Shown one piece after another: positions 9,765 to 18,868 of a stretch of 64,000 nt of DNA (position 1 is the stretch's first letter; the number at the start of each line of letters is the position of its first letter). Both the position numbers and the translations under genes were made by a program. The stretch is from Burkholderiales bacterium (lineage in GTDB: Bacteria; Pseudomonadota; Gammaproteobacteria; Burkholderiales; SG8-39), in NCBI GenBank assembly GCA_035499735.1, contig DATJYC010000051.1, positions 131,667 to 195,666 of the forward strand, in the 5' to 3' direction. A model generated the notes under the pieces. That model had not been told where the DNA came from. It ran no database searches and worked only from the letters and a program-made list of their open reading frames with translations.

Positions 9765-10774
9765 CCCTCCAAGGCCTGCTCCACGCTCAGGTCCTCGAGG
9801 TCGCGGCTCTCGGGGCGCAGCAGCTCGTGCGGAACCTTCCAGGGGCGCCAGCGCTCGGGAGGCGAATCGCCGAAGAAGCACAGGATGGGCTTGCCAAGGG
9901 CCGCCGCGAGATGCATCGCGCCTCCATCGACGCATATCACGCGGTCACACAGGGATAGGGCGGCGATCAGACGCGGAAGCGAGAGGGTCGGCACGAGAAG
10001 CAGGGCCGTTCCGTCGCAAGCCTGGACGACCGCGCGCGCCTTGGGGTCATCCCCGGGGTGTTTCGGGTTGTCCGGGTCGCCCGGCGCCCACATGAGCAGG
10101 AATCGCGCGGCGTGCCGCCGCGCGATCGCGCGGATTAACGAGGCGAAGCGGTCCGCCGGCCATTGCTGGCGCTGCCTGCGAGCGCTGATGTGAACTCCGA
10201 TGAGCTCGCCACCGCCTCCAAGGCTGGAGAGCGCCTGCTCGATATCGCGGCGCTCGCCGGCGTCGGGGAAAACCCGCGCAGGCGGCGGTGGCCCCTCGAT
10301 GCCGAGCGCCTTCAACAGACCGAACACCCGCTCGACCTCGTGCATCTTCGAGTCTGGATCGAACGGCAGCGCGATGTCCAGGCGGAAATGCGCCTCGCCG
10401 GGCTCCGTATACCCGAGGACATGCCGCGCGCCGATCAGGCGCGCAAGGCGCAACGAGCGCGGTTCGAATGCTGCGGTAGCGAGTATCGCGTAGTCGAAGT
10501 CCTTTCTGCGCAGTGTCGCAATCAACCGAAGGCGATCGGCATATACCGAGAAAATGGAGCGCTTCTCGCCGCGATGCTTCCCCTTCTCATAGGCGTGGAC
10601 AGCATCCACTGCGGGATTGCCGGCGAGCACCGCCTCGTTGTAGGTATTCACGAGCGCTGCAATGTGCGCGCCCGGATAGCGCTCGCGCAGCGCGAAGATG
10701 AGCGGCGTGGTGCAGACCAGATCGCCGATGTTGTCGCGGCGAATCACCAGGAAACGTGGACGGCCCGTGTTCAC
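9716..10774 (-). CDS. Family 9 glycosyltransferase (heptosyltransferase family)
   Basis: 352-aa ORF. FLVIRRDNIGDLVCTTPLIFALRERYPGAHI is the characteristic GT9 N-terminal motif. Confidence 0.8.
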   Translation of the reverse strand: MNTGRPRFLVIRRDNIGDLVCTTPLIFALRERYPGAHIAALVNTYNEAVLAGNPAVDAVHAYEKGKHRGEKRSIFSVYADRLRLIATLRRKDFDYAILATAAFEPRSLRLARLIGARHVLGYTEPGEAHFRLDIALPFDPDSKMHEVERVFGLLKALGIEGPPPPARVFPDAGERRDIEQALSSLGGGGELIGVHISARRQRQQWPADRFASLIRAIARRHAARFLLMWAPGDPDNPKHPGDDPKARAVVQACDGTALLLVPTLSLPRLIAALSLCDRVICVDGGAMHLAAALGKPILCFFGDSPPERWRPWKVPHELLRPESRDLEDLSVEQALEGYERLARARESRSERA

Positions 10775-10908
10775 CCTCTGTGCGCCCCTCGTCTAGGACC
10801 TTAGTCCGGGAGCGGCGTGGCCGGCAGGCTGGTATCCACAGCGCGCTGGCCATCTTTCGCCGGCACCTGCTAGAGTTGGCTTGACCGCACTCACCTCAAG
10901 GCCTCTGA

Positions 10909-11739
10909 ATGCGCAAGTATTTCAACGACGCTCATCTCGCCAAGAAAGCGGGAAGAACCCGCTCGGAGCGCCTCGCGATCTTTTTCGACTTGGTGGCTCT
11001 GAGAATAATGCGCCGCTTCTCGAGAGCGGATAGGGAGGAATGCAGGGTTCAACTCCTAGGATACGAAGTTTGGGGATTTAGTTACGCCGCGCTCGATTTC
11101 CTATTTCGGGAGGTTTTCCTGGCGGGGGAATACTATATTGAAACCCCAAACACCAGACCGGTAATCGTAGACTGCGGCGCGAACGTCGGCATGTCGGTCT
11201 TGTATTTCAAGCACCTTTTCCCAAACGCGCGAATCCTCGCGTTCGAACCCAACCCGAACGCCTTCAGGATGCTGCAAAAGAACGTGGCGGCAAATGGGAT
11301 CCGCGATGTCGAACTGCACAACATAGCTCTAAGTGATCGCGAAGGCGAGATCTCGTTCTTCATCTCATCGGACCCGGGAACACTGCTCGGCTCAACGCGC
11401 CGTGACCGTGGCGGCAATATCGAACTCAAGGCCAAGGCCGGTCGGCTTTCACAATATCTTCGAGACGAGCGGCAAGTAGACCTCGTCAAGATCGATGTCG
11501 AAGGTTCCGAGCTGAGCATCATAGATGAACTGATTGAAGCTTCCAGCCTTGGCAAGGTCGATCAATACATCGTCGAGTATCACCACCGGATCAACAATGA
11601 TCCCTCGAACTTGGGGGATTTTCTGAAGCGATTCGAAACGGCAGGGTACGACTATAACCTGAAGGCAGCTTACCGAAGGGCAGGGAGTTTCCAGGACGTG
11701 CTCCTTCATTTTTACAGGGATGGCCGTCCGCGAAAATAG
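10909..11739 (+). CDS. FkbM-family methyltransferase
   Basis: 276-aa ORF. VIVDCGANVGMSVLYFKHLFPNARILAFEPNPNAF is the FkbM core motif. The gene is visibly AT-richer than its flanks. Confidence 0.8.
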   Translation: MRKYFNDAHLAKKAGRTRSERLAIFFDLVALRIMRRFSRADREECRVQLLGYEVWGFSYAALDFLFREVFLAGEYYIETPNTRPVIVDCGANVGMSVLYFKHLFPNARILAFEPNPNAFRMLQKNVAANGIRDVELHNIALSDREGEISFFISSDPGTLLGSTRRDRGGNIELKAKAGRLSQYLRDERQVDLVKIDVEGSELSIIDELIEASSLGKVDQYIVEYHHRINNDPSNLGDFLKRFETAGYDYNLKAAYRRAGSFQDVLLHFYRDGRPRK

Positions 11740-11794
11740 CGCCATAGGGGCGTTGGAGACTTTCTCCGGTCGCGCGACCAGCGTTGGGAAGGCC

Positions 11795-12820
11795 CTAGGA
11801 GAAGGCGATTCTGAGGAACATCGCCATCCCAAGGAGATGGGCAAGGACGTGGTAGCGGAATACACGCCAGTACTGCGACAGGCCGCACGCATTAGACCAC
11901 AAGAGGCGAAAGAAGCGTTCCCGAAGAATCCGCTTCAGATAGTGCTCTCTCTGCACCGGATCGGGCAGGCGGCGGATCTGCCGGACGACGAGGCAGCCGC
12001 CGTTGACGAATTCCCTGCGTATCAGCTTCCGGGTGAGAGGTTGCAGGGTCTCCCTCGTGGCGATTTCAGACAGGGCGCGCGCGTTATGTAGCGTCGCCTC
12101 GACGGTCTTGTGGCGGCGCAGCTTTCCATCGGATGCGAAAGCCGGCGGGGGTACCACGTAAGTTTGCTTCTTGCGATACCAGTAAAGTGGCCGCGGGATG
12201 TAATGGAAGCGCTTGGCGGCTAGTAGCGTCTCCGTCACCCAGACAACGTCCTCGTGAGGGTCAGCGCGGGGAAAAGTGAAGCCGTGACGATCGATGAACG
12301 AGCGGCGGTACACGTGCATCCAGCAATAGTGCGGCAGGTACCTCGCGAGCCAGCGCTGCTGGAACCATGCTTCGCCGGAGATCACACCCGTGTCGGCGAC
12401 GTCGATGTATACCAGCTTGTCGGGCTTGCGTCCTTCGTAAAAATTCCAAGCGTTCCCCATGGCGATATCGAGCTGCTCGTCCTCGGCGAGGCCGACCAGG
12501 GTCGAGTACATGGCTGGGTCGAGCCAATCGTCCACGTCCAGAAACGCGAGGTAGCGTCCGGTTGCATTGCGCATGCCGACGTTGCGGGCGACTGCTTGTC
12601 CCTGATTCTCCTGGCGTACCACCCGCAGCCCCGCGAGCGCGGTCCCGAGCCGCGCGATCATTTCCGATGATCCGTCGGTGGACCCGTCATCGACGATGAT
12701 CACCTCGTCGGGAACCCGCCGCTGCTTCATCAGAGTCTCGATGAGCTGGGGAAGATACTCGGTACCGTTGAAGACCGGGATGACAACCGACAGCAGCGGG
12801 CACAAAGCATCGTCTGCCAT
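11795..12820 (-). CDS. Family 2 glycosyltransferase
   Basis: Track frame 11795..13255. The first 145 codons are Arg/Ser/Pro-rich and overlap the next gene. The real start is ATG at 12820 (MADDALCPLLSVVIPVFNG ... IIVDDGSTDGS). Confidence 0.8.
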   Translation of the reverse strand: MADDALCPLLSVVIPVFNGTEYLPQLIETLMKQRRVPDEVIIVDDGSTDGSSEMIARLGTALAGLRVVRQENQGQAVARNVGMRNATGRYLAFLDVDDWLDPAMYSTLVGLAEDEQLDIAMGNAWNFYEGRKPDKLVYIDVADTGVISGEAWFQQRWLARYLPHYCWMHVYRRSFIDRHGFTFPRADPHEDVVWVTETLLAAKRFHYIPRPLYWYRKKQTYVVPPPAFASDGKLRRHKTVEATLHNARALSEIATRETLQPLTRKLIRREFVNGGCLVVRQIRRLPDPVQREHYLKRILRERFFRLLWSNACGLSQYWRVFRYHVLAHLLGMAMFLRIAFS

Positions 12821-12827
12821 GCGTGCA

Positions 12828-13952
12828 TTATCCCCCAGGCTGCTCGAGCAACGGCCGCACCACTCGGGCCAGCCGCTCGCCGCGCGCGGCCCAAGTGTAG
12901 CTGCGCGCCTTCTCCCTGAGGCGCGCGCCCATGCCCAGGGCGCGCTCGGGATCCTCGGCCAGGCTCCGGATCGCGTTCGCCAGTCCCGCCGGATCGCCGG
13001 GTGGGCACCACGCGGCTTCGTCCGGTTCGAGCACCTCGCGCAGGGAAGGAAGATCGCTCGCGACCACGGCGCAGCCCGCCGCCATGTACTCGAAGAGCTT
13101 GATCGGCGAGGTGAACGCGCTGTCGGGGTCGGCGCGATTCGGGAGCACAGCGATGCAGGCCCGGGCGAGCTCCGAAGCCACGCTTCCGTGCGGGATATGG
13201 CCGGCGAAATCGAGCGTCGCGCCCCCGCTGCCCGCCCGTGCACGAAGCTCTGCAATGCGCTCTTCGCTGCCGCCGATCAATCGGACGCGAAAACCGGGGA
13301 GCAAGCGCGCCGCGTCGACAAGATCGTTCACGCCCTTCCAGCCGAAGAAGCTTCCCGCATAGACTATGCGCTCCGCGGCGTGCGCCCAGTCCTTCGCCCG
13401 GATCGATTCTGGGTATTCGACCCCGTTCGGAATGATCTCGATCGGCGCGGCAATCCCGTAAAGCGTGCGGAGACGCGCTGCCGTAGCGTTCGAATTCGCG
13501 ACGAGCGCCGCCGCCCTTATGACGACGGCGCGCTCTCGCCGCTCGGTTTCCGCGCGTCGACGCGGTGGAGCTGTATCGGCAAACACTTCGTGGGCCTCGT
13601 ACACCAGCCTCAAGTCCGGGAGGCGCCCGAGCAACAGCTCCGAGGCCTTTAAGTGTCGCGCCATCACCGCGCCGATCTCCCTCGTGTCGATGCACTTTGC
13701 CAGCCGCGCGGCAAAGAACTGGTTGGAGTGCATGCGAGCGAACGGCCAGGGCAGGCTGCGAGACACCGGCAGGAGCCGCACGTTGCCCGGCCTGGCGACG
13801 GAATACGCGGCGAAGGGATCACCGGAAGAAGGCACATGCGCCAGCGTCACGTCGATGCCCTGCGCCGCCAGCGCCGCCACGGTGTGAACGGTCTGGATGC
13901 CCCGCGCCCGCTCGAGCGGCAGCGGCTCCGGGAACACGTAGAGCAGCTTCAC
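12828..13952 (-). CDS. GT-B fold glycosyltransferase (GT4 family)
   Basis: 374-aa ORF with N-terminus MKLLYVFPEPLPLERARGIQTVHTV and a C-terminal sugar-donor region (IKLFEYMAAGCAVVASD). Confidence 0.8.
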   Translation of the reverse strand: MKLLYVFPEPLPLERARGIQTVHTVAALAAQGIDVTLAHVPSSGDPFAAYSVARPGNVRLLPVSRSLPWPFARMHSNQFFAARLAKCIDTREIGAVMARHLKASELLLGRLPDLRLVYEAHEVFADTAPPRRRAETERRERAVVIRAAALVANSNATAARLRTLYGIAAPIEIIPNGVEYPESIRAKDWAHAAERIVYAGSFFGWKGVNDLVDAARLLPGFRVRLIGGSEERIAELRARAGSGGATLDFAGHIPHGSVASELARACIAVLPNRADPDSAFTSPIKLFEYMAAGCAVVASDLPSLREVLEPDEAAWCPPGDPAGLANAIRSLAEDPERALGMGARLREKARSYTWAARGERLARVVRPLLEQPGG

Positions 13953-13953
13953 G

Positions 13954-14482
13954 TCAGTGCCGTGGGGCCGCCCGCTTGCGCGCCGTCACGTAGTACTGGA
14001 CTGCGGTGAAATCGCGGATACGCTTTGCGAGCGGCCCGAAAAGCCTGGACCACCAACGCTCCCGTCCCTCGCGCTCGATGCGTAGGATTTCAAAACGGGC
14101 ATTGCGGAACAGGTCCTCGATGCTGCCGCGGGTGAAAAAACGCAGGTGAGTGTGGTCAAGAATGCCGCCAGGCTCGTAACGCCAGTCGGCGAAGAGCAGC
14201 TTCTTGATGATCTTGTAGTGCGCGATATTGGGGATGCTCGCCACCACCGTCCCGCTGTCCTTGAGACAATCACACAGCCGAAACAGCGCCGCCCACGGGT
14301 CGCGGAGGTGCTCGAGCACGTCGGCCACGATGAGAGTGTCGAACTGGCCGATCCAGGCGTCGAGCGGCATCGACTCGACGTCTCCGATCTGCACCGCGTC
14401 CAGCCGCAGTGGGTTCTCTGCGAAGGGTCCGAAAGCCCGCGAATCTGCTTGATTACGTGCATCCACCGTTGACGAAATCTCG
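13954..14482 (-). pseudogene. C-terminal remnant of a class I SAM-dependent methyltransferase (motif I missing)
   Basis: The frame contains FDTLIVADVLEHLRDPWAALFRLCDCLKDSGTVVASIPN (methyltransferase post-motif-I and motif-II region). No GxGxG SAM-binding motif lies upstream. Sequence upstream of ~14483 belongs to a GT2 fragment in another frame. Confidence 0.55.
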
Positions 14483-14800
14483 CGCATGGCGCACCCCCAC
14501 GTTGCGTGCGACTGCCTGCCCCCGATTCTTCTGTCCAATCACGCGCAGTCCGTCGAGCCCGGCGCCGAGCCACGCGATCATCGCCGCCGAGCTGTTCGTG
14601 GACCCGTCATCGACGAAGGTCACCTCGTCGGAAACCCGCTGCTGCGCCAGCAGGCTGGCGATGAGATCCGAAAGATAGAGTGCTCCGTTGTAGACAGGGA
14701 TGACTACCGAAAGCACGGGGTCGGGAGCACCTTCTGCCTCGCCCTTGGGCTCACTAGGGGATTGCTGCGCCATGCGCCTATTATCTCCCAAGGGCATCAC
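14453..14800 (-). pseudogene. N-terminal remnant of a GT2 glycosyltransferase (paralog of 11795..12820)
   Basis: 115-aa ORF. Residues 28-106 align with residues 8-86 of the intact GT2 gene (51 of 79 identical by hand count, e.g. LSVVIPV.NG, VDDGST, GQAVARNVG). The similarity stops abruptly and the frame terminates 9 codons later. Confidence 0.6.
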
Positions 14801-14838
14801 CCGCAGCAGGAGAAGTCCCGCCGGGAATCTAGAACCTT

Positions 14839-15699
14839 CTAGACTCTTACCACTCCCAAGCCGATAGATCTTTCATAATCGTCGAATCGGTTGACAGTAA
14901 TCGCGAGATTCGGATTTGACTCGCACGCAATTCCGTGCAAGTCATGCGACTCGAGAAAGCTTACGAAAGCCTTGTTCCAGAGCACGTCATCGGAGACGAT
15001 GATGCCACCCTCGGGAAGGAGGGCACGAGCGACATTCAGCTCGTAGAGCATATGGGTGCGGGTATGCAACGAGTCGTGGATGAATATATCGGCTCGATTC
15101 TCAATCAGCACATTCGGCAAGAATTCTTTGGCGTCGCCACAAACATATTCCCATCGGTCCTTGTAACTATCAGGGATCAAGCAGCCGATCTCAGCCGGTC
15201 TCAGAGTGGCGTCCATCGTCCGCTCACCCCTCACGGCCGGGAGATTTATCGAGATGAGCTTTCCGCTTCTGTTCCGGTTCAGCGCTGCCAGGATGAGGGA
15301 CGTCGACTCACCATGGGCCGTGCCGGTCTCGACGACGACCGAAGGTTTCAATTCACGAATCAATCCATAGTACGTCGCGAGATTGCCAACCTTTCGCGCT
15401 GCGACATGCTCGTCGAATGCCCCCCCGATAAAATGAGCTTCCACGGCCGTCCGGAAGCTTTCCCTCAGCAGCCGGTCCCCAAGAATCTCGTTTCGATACT
15501 CATCGATCGATTGGAGAGGGCTGCGTCGGGCGACCAGCTCCATTGCCGCCTCAAGATAGTTACGCCGCGGCAGCATGACAAAATTGGGATAGTAGTACCT
15601 CTGCAACTTGGAAAGGATCCCGAGAGTTCGATTTTTTCGCCTCAATAGGGAAATGAGACGAACGTAACCGGTCTTGAAATCCGAGCTTTGATTCTCCAA
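14839..15699 (-). CDS. Class I SAM-dependent methyltransferase (Methyltransf_24 / O-methyltransferase-like)
   Basis: 286-aa ORF with VVVETGTAHGESTSLILAAL (SAM-binding motif I variant) and IFIHDSLHTRTHMLYEL. Visibly AT-richer than its surroundings. Confidence 0.7.
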   Translation of the reverse strand: MENQSSDFKTGYVRLISLLRRKNRTLGILSKLQRYYYPNFVMLPRRNYLEAAMELVARRSPLQSIDEYRNEILGDRLLRESFRTAVEAHFIGGAFDEHVAARKVGNLATYYGLIRELKPSVVVETGTAHGESTSLILAALNRNRSGKLISINLPAVRGERTMDATLRPAEIGCLIPDSYKDRWEYVCGDAKEFLPNVLIENRADIFIHDSLHTRTHMLYELNVARALLPEGGIIVSDDVLWNKAFVSFLESHDLHGIACESNPNLAITVNRFDDYERSIGLGVVRV

Positions 15700-15716
15700 G
15701 ATGCCCTCCCCTCAGT

Positions 15717-16353
15717 TCAAGTGGAGCGACCAGTCCACCACCGCCAGGAGGCCTGAGCCCCGGCGTGAAACGTAAAGCGTCTCGTACCGAAGCCGCTGCA
15801 GCAGTTCCTTTCAACGTCCGAATGGGTCGCCGCCCATGGCAGCGCGTAGACGCCGATGTTTGCGCCGACGTCGATCACCCGCGTGCCGGGAATGATGAGA
15901 TCCGGTGGGGCGAAGTAATCCGAGGCAGGGCTGCGGCTCAGCGCCCCTTGGCTCTTGCGCGGCGCAACCGGTAATCACCCCAGGAAGGCGGCTAGGCCGG
16001 AAACCAACGGCGCGATCAAGGCGAGTACCGGATTTCTGTCGCCCTTCGCCCTCATGTCCCCCAGGGACCTCGACGCTTCCAAGAGCACGGCATCGGGATA
16101 TCGCAGCAGGCGATAGGCGGAGAGATAGTCTTCGGGCCCCGGCTTGACGCGGTGCGGAGTTGCGGCGAGCACGTCGACGATCTTCTGCGCGCGATGACGG
16201 CAGCACTCCGACAGCCAGATGGTCGGCGCCCGAGTGCACCCAATCCGACATGACGCGCAGCTCGCAGCCCGCTTCCCGCAGCGATTCGATCAGATCGAGA
16301 GCAGTGGCGGGAGGGCGGGTTGAGCTAACCACCAGGATGAGCTTGACGTCCAC
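15717..16353 (-). pseudogene. Degraded FkbM-like methyltransferase gene (frameshift, in-frame stop, 3' truncation)
   Basis: A protein-like N-terminus (MDVKLILVVSSTRPPATALDLIESLREAGCEL) switches frame near 16210-16230 to AQKIVDVLAATPHRVKPGPEDYLSAYRLLRYPDAV. An in-frame TGA lies at 15975-15977. The FkbM motif DLIIPGTRVIDVGANIGVYALPWA (about 15842-15900) follows, and the frame then ends 18 nt from the next gene. Confidence 0.45.
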
Positions 16354-16375
16354 GACGGCCCTTTCGGAAGGAATG

Positions 16376-17305
16376 CTACAAGATGGACCGGAAATACGCG
16401 ATCGTCCGCTTCAATCCCTCCTCCAGCGCCACCGTCGGCGCCCACCCGAGCGAGGAACGTGCCAGCGAGATGTCCGGCTGGCGCTGCCGCGGATCGTCCG
16501 AAGGCAAGGGCCGGAACACCAGCTTCGAGCGGCTTCCCGTCAACTTGAGGGTGAGCTCCGCGAGCTCGCGAATGGTGAACTCGACCGGGTTGCCCAGGTT
16601 GATGGGACCGGTCAGATCGGACGGCGAGTCCATGAGCTTCAGTAGCCCGTCGACCAGGTCGTCGATATAGCAGAACGAGCGCGTCTGCGTCCCGTCGCCG
16701 TAGAGAGTCACGTCCTGCCCGCGCAACGCCTGGACGATGAAGTTGCTCACCACGCGCCCATCGTCGGGAAGCATCCGGGGCCCATAGGTGTTGAAAATCC
16801 GCGCAACCTTGACCTCCAGCTTGTGCTGGCGGTAGTAGTCGAAGAACAGCGTCTCGGCGCAGCGCTTGCCCTCGTCGTAACACGCGCGCGGGCCGATGGG
16901 ATTGACGCGCCCCCAATACGCCTCCGTCTGAGGATGCACCTCGGGGTCGCCGTAGACTTCGCTGGTCGAGGCGTGCAATATTCGCGCCTTGACCCGCTTC
17001 GCCAGGCCGAGCATGTTGATCGCTCCGTGCACGCTAGTCTTGGTGGTCTGCACCGGGTCGAACTGATAGTGAATCGGCGATGCCGGGCAGGCGAGATTGA
17101 AGATGCGGTCGACCTCGACGTAGAGCGGGAACGTGACGTCGTGGCGCATCACTTCGAACAGGGGATTACGCAGCAGGTGAGCGATATTCCCCTTGCTGCC
17201 GGTAAAGTAGTTGTCGACGCACAGGACGTCGTGGCCGCCGTCCAGGAGTTTCTCGCAGAGATGCGAGCCGATGAATCCCGCGCCGCCTGTGACCAGAATC
17301 TTCAT
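16376..17305 (-). CDS. UDP-glucuronate decarboxylase (UDP-xylose synthase)
   Basis: 309-aa ORF containing [49 protein letters not shown] and YDEGKR. These are highly characteristic of UXS-type decarboxylases. Confidence 0.9.
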   Translation of the reverse strand: MKILVTGGAGFIGSHLCEKLLDGGHDVLCVDNYFTGSKGNIAHLLRNPLFEVMRHDVTFPLYVEVDRIFNLACPASPIHYQFDPVQTTKTSVHGAINMLGLAKRVKARILHASTSEVYGDPEVHPQTEAYWGRVNPIGPRACYDEGKRCAETLFFDYYRQHKLEVKVARIFNTYGPRMLPDDGRVVSNFIVQALRGQDVTLYGDGTQTRSFCYIDDLVDGLLKLMDSPSDLTGPINLGNPVEFTIRELAELTLKLTGSRSKLVFRPLPSDDPRQRQPDISLARSSLGWAPTVALEEGLKRTIAYFRSIL

Positions 17306-17385
17306 CCAGCCCGCCCTGAACTCCTTGTCTGAACCGCTGCAATCTTATATGGAAATGCGGCTATACTGAACACGCGCAGAAAAAG

Positions 17386-18867
17386 ATGCTGTTCAATTCG
17401 TACGAGTTCCTCTTCGGATTCCTGCCGGTCGTCCTGATCGTATTTTTCCTGCTTGGCCGCCTCGCGTCGGGCCTCGCTGCAATCGGATTTCTCAGCGCAG
17501 CCTCGCTCTTCTTCTATGCGTGGTGGAACCCGGTCTATGTCGTCCTGCTCGCCGGCTCAGTTGTGTTCAACTACGCCGTCGGTCGCGGCCTCCTCGCGCG
17601 ACGATCGAAGGCGCTCCTCTCCATCGGCGTCGCGGGCGACCTCCTGGTGCTCGGCACGTTCAAGTATGCGGGCTTTTTTGCCACGAGCCTGAACGCCGTC
17701 GCAACGCTGACGCTGCCGGTGCCTCAGATCGTGCTGCCCCTCGGGATCTCCTTTTTCACCTTCACGCAGATCGCCTATCTCGTCGACGTCTATCGCGGCG
17801 AGGCACGCGAATACCGCCTCCTCAACTACGCGCTGTTCGTTAGTTTCTTCCCCCATCTCCTCGCCGGCCCGGTGCTGCACCACGCCGAGGTGATGCCGCA
17901 ATTCGCAAGGCGCGAGACCTTTCGCTTCAGCACCGAGAACTTTACCGTGGGTCTCACGATTTTCGCGATCGGATTGTTCAAGAAGGTGATCCTCGCGGAC
18001 GGGGTCGCGGCGTTTTCCACCCCGGTCTTCGACGCGGCCAGGAACGGCGCCACCTTGACCTTTCTCGCGGCTTGGGGCGGCGTTCTCTCCTACACCTTTC
18101 AGCTCTACTTCGACTTTTCCGGATACTCGGACATGGCGATCGGGCTCGCGCGCCTGTTCGGCATCGTCTTCCCAGCGAATTTCAATTCGCCGTACAAGGC
18201 CACCTCGATCATCGACTTCTGGCGGCGCTGGCACATGACGCTGTCGCGCTTTCTCCGCGACTATCTCTACATCCCCCTGGGCGGCAGCCGTCGCGGCCCG
18301 CTGCGTCGTCACCTGAACCTGATGGCGACGATGCTGCTCGGCGGCCTGTGGCACGGCGCCGGCTGGACGTTCGTGATCTGGGGCGGACTGCACGGTCTGT
18401 ACCTCGTCGCAAACCACGGCTGGCGCGCCGCGCGCGCGCACTGGCTCGCCAGGCTTGCGCTGCCCGAGGGCCTCGCGCTTTGGCTCGCGCGGCTGCTCAC
18501 CTTTTTCGCCGTCGTGGTGGCCTGGGTGTTCTTCCGCTCCGAAACGCTTCCCGCCGCCAAGGCAATCCTGGAGGGGATGGCCGGCTTGAACGGGATCACC
18601 AAGGCCGACCCCTACTGGTTCGGCGCGCCGCAGCTCAGATGGCTCTCGGCGATGTTCCTGATCGCGTGGGGCCTGCCGAACGTGCAGCAGCTCCTGCACC
18701 GCTACAAGCCTGCGCTCGAAACCTACCCAGGTGAGGTATCGCCGCCCTATTGGAGGCTTCTCTCGTGGCGGCCCGTCAAGGCGTGGTCCCTCTTGACAGC
18801 GGCGCTGCTCGTTGTCTCGGTCATCAATCTCACGCGCGTGAGCGAATTCCTCTACTACCAGTTCTGA
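17386..18867 (+). CDS. MBOAT-family membrane O-acyltransferase (AlgI-like)
   Basis: 493-aa multi-pass ORF with N-terminus MLFNSYEFLFGFLPVV and the conserved FWRRWHMTLSRFLRDYLYIPLGG block containing the catalytic His. Confidence 0.9.
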   Translation: MLFNSYEFLFGFLPVVLIVFFLLGRLASGLAAIGFLSAASLFFYAWWNPVYVVLLAGSVVFNYAVGRGLLARRSKALLSIGVAGDLLVLGTFKYAGFFATSLNAVATLTLPVPQIVLPLGISFFTFTQIAYLVDVYRGEAREYRLLNYALFVSFFPHLLAGPVLHHAEVMPQFARRETFRFSTENFTVGLTIFAIGLFKKVILADGVAAFSTPVFDAARNGATLTFLAAWGGVLSYTFQLYFDFSGYSDMAIGLARLFGIVFPANFNSPYKATSIIDFWRRWHMTLSRFLRDYLYIPLGGSRRGPLRRHLNLMATMLLGGLWHGAGWTFVIWGGLHGLYLVANHGWRAARAHWLARLALPEGLALWLARLLTFFAVVVAWVFFRSETLPAAKAILEGMAGLNGITKADPYWFGAPQLRWLSAMFLIAWGLPNVQQLLHRYKPALETYPGEVSPPYWRLLSWRPVKAWSLLTAALLVVSVINLTRVSEFLYYQF

Positions 18868-18868
18868 C

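Noticed and set aside
15811-16353. 180-aa ORF as an intact gene
   Set aside because: Only the first ~45 residues look protein-like. The rest is Arg-rich, while the neighbouring frame carries the meaningful sequence. I interpret it as part of a frameshifted pseudogene instead.
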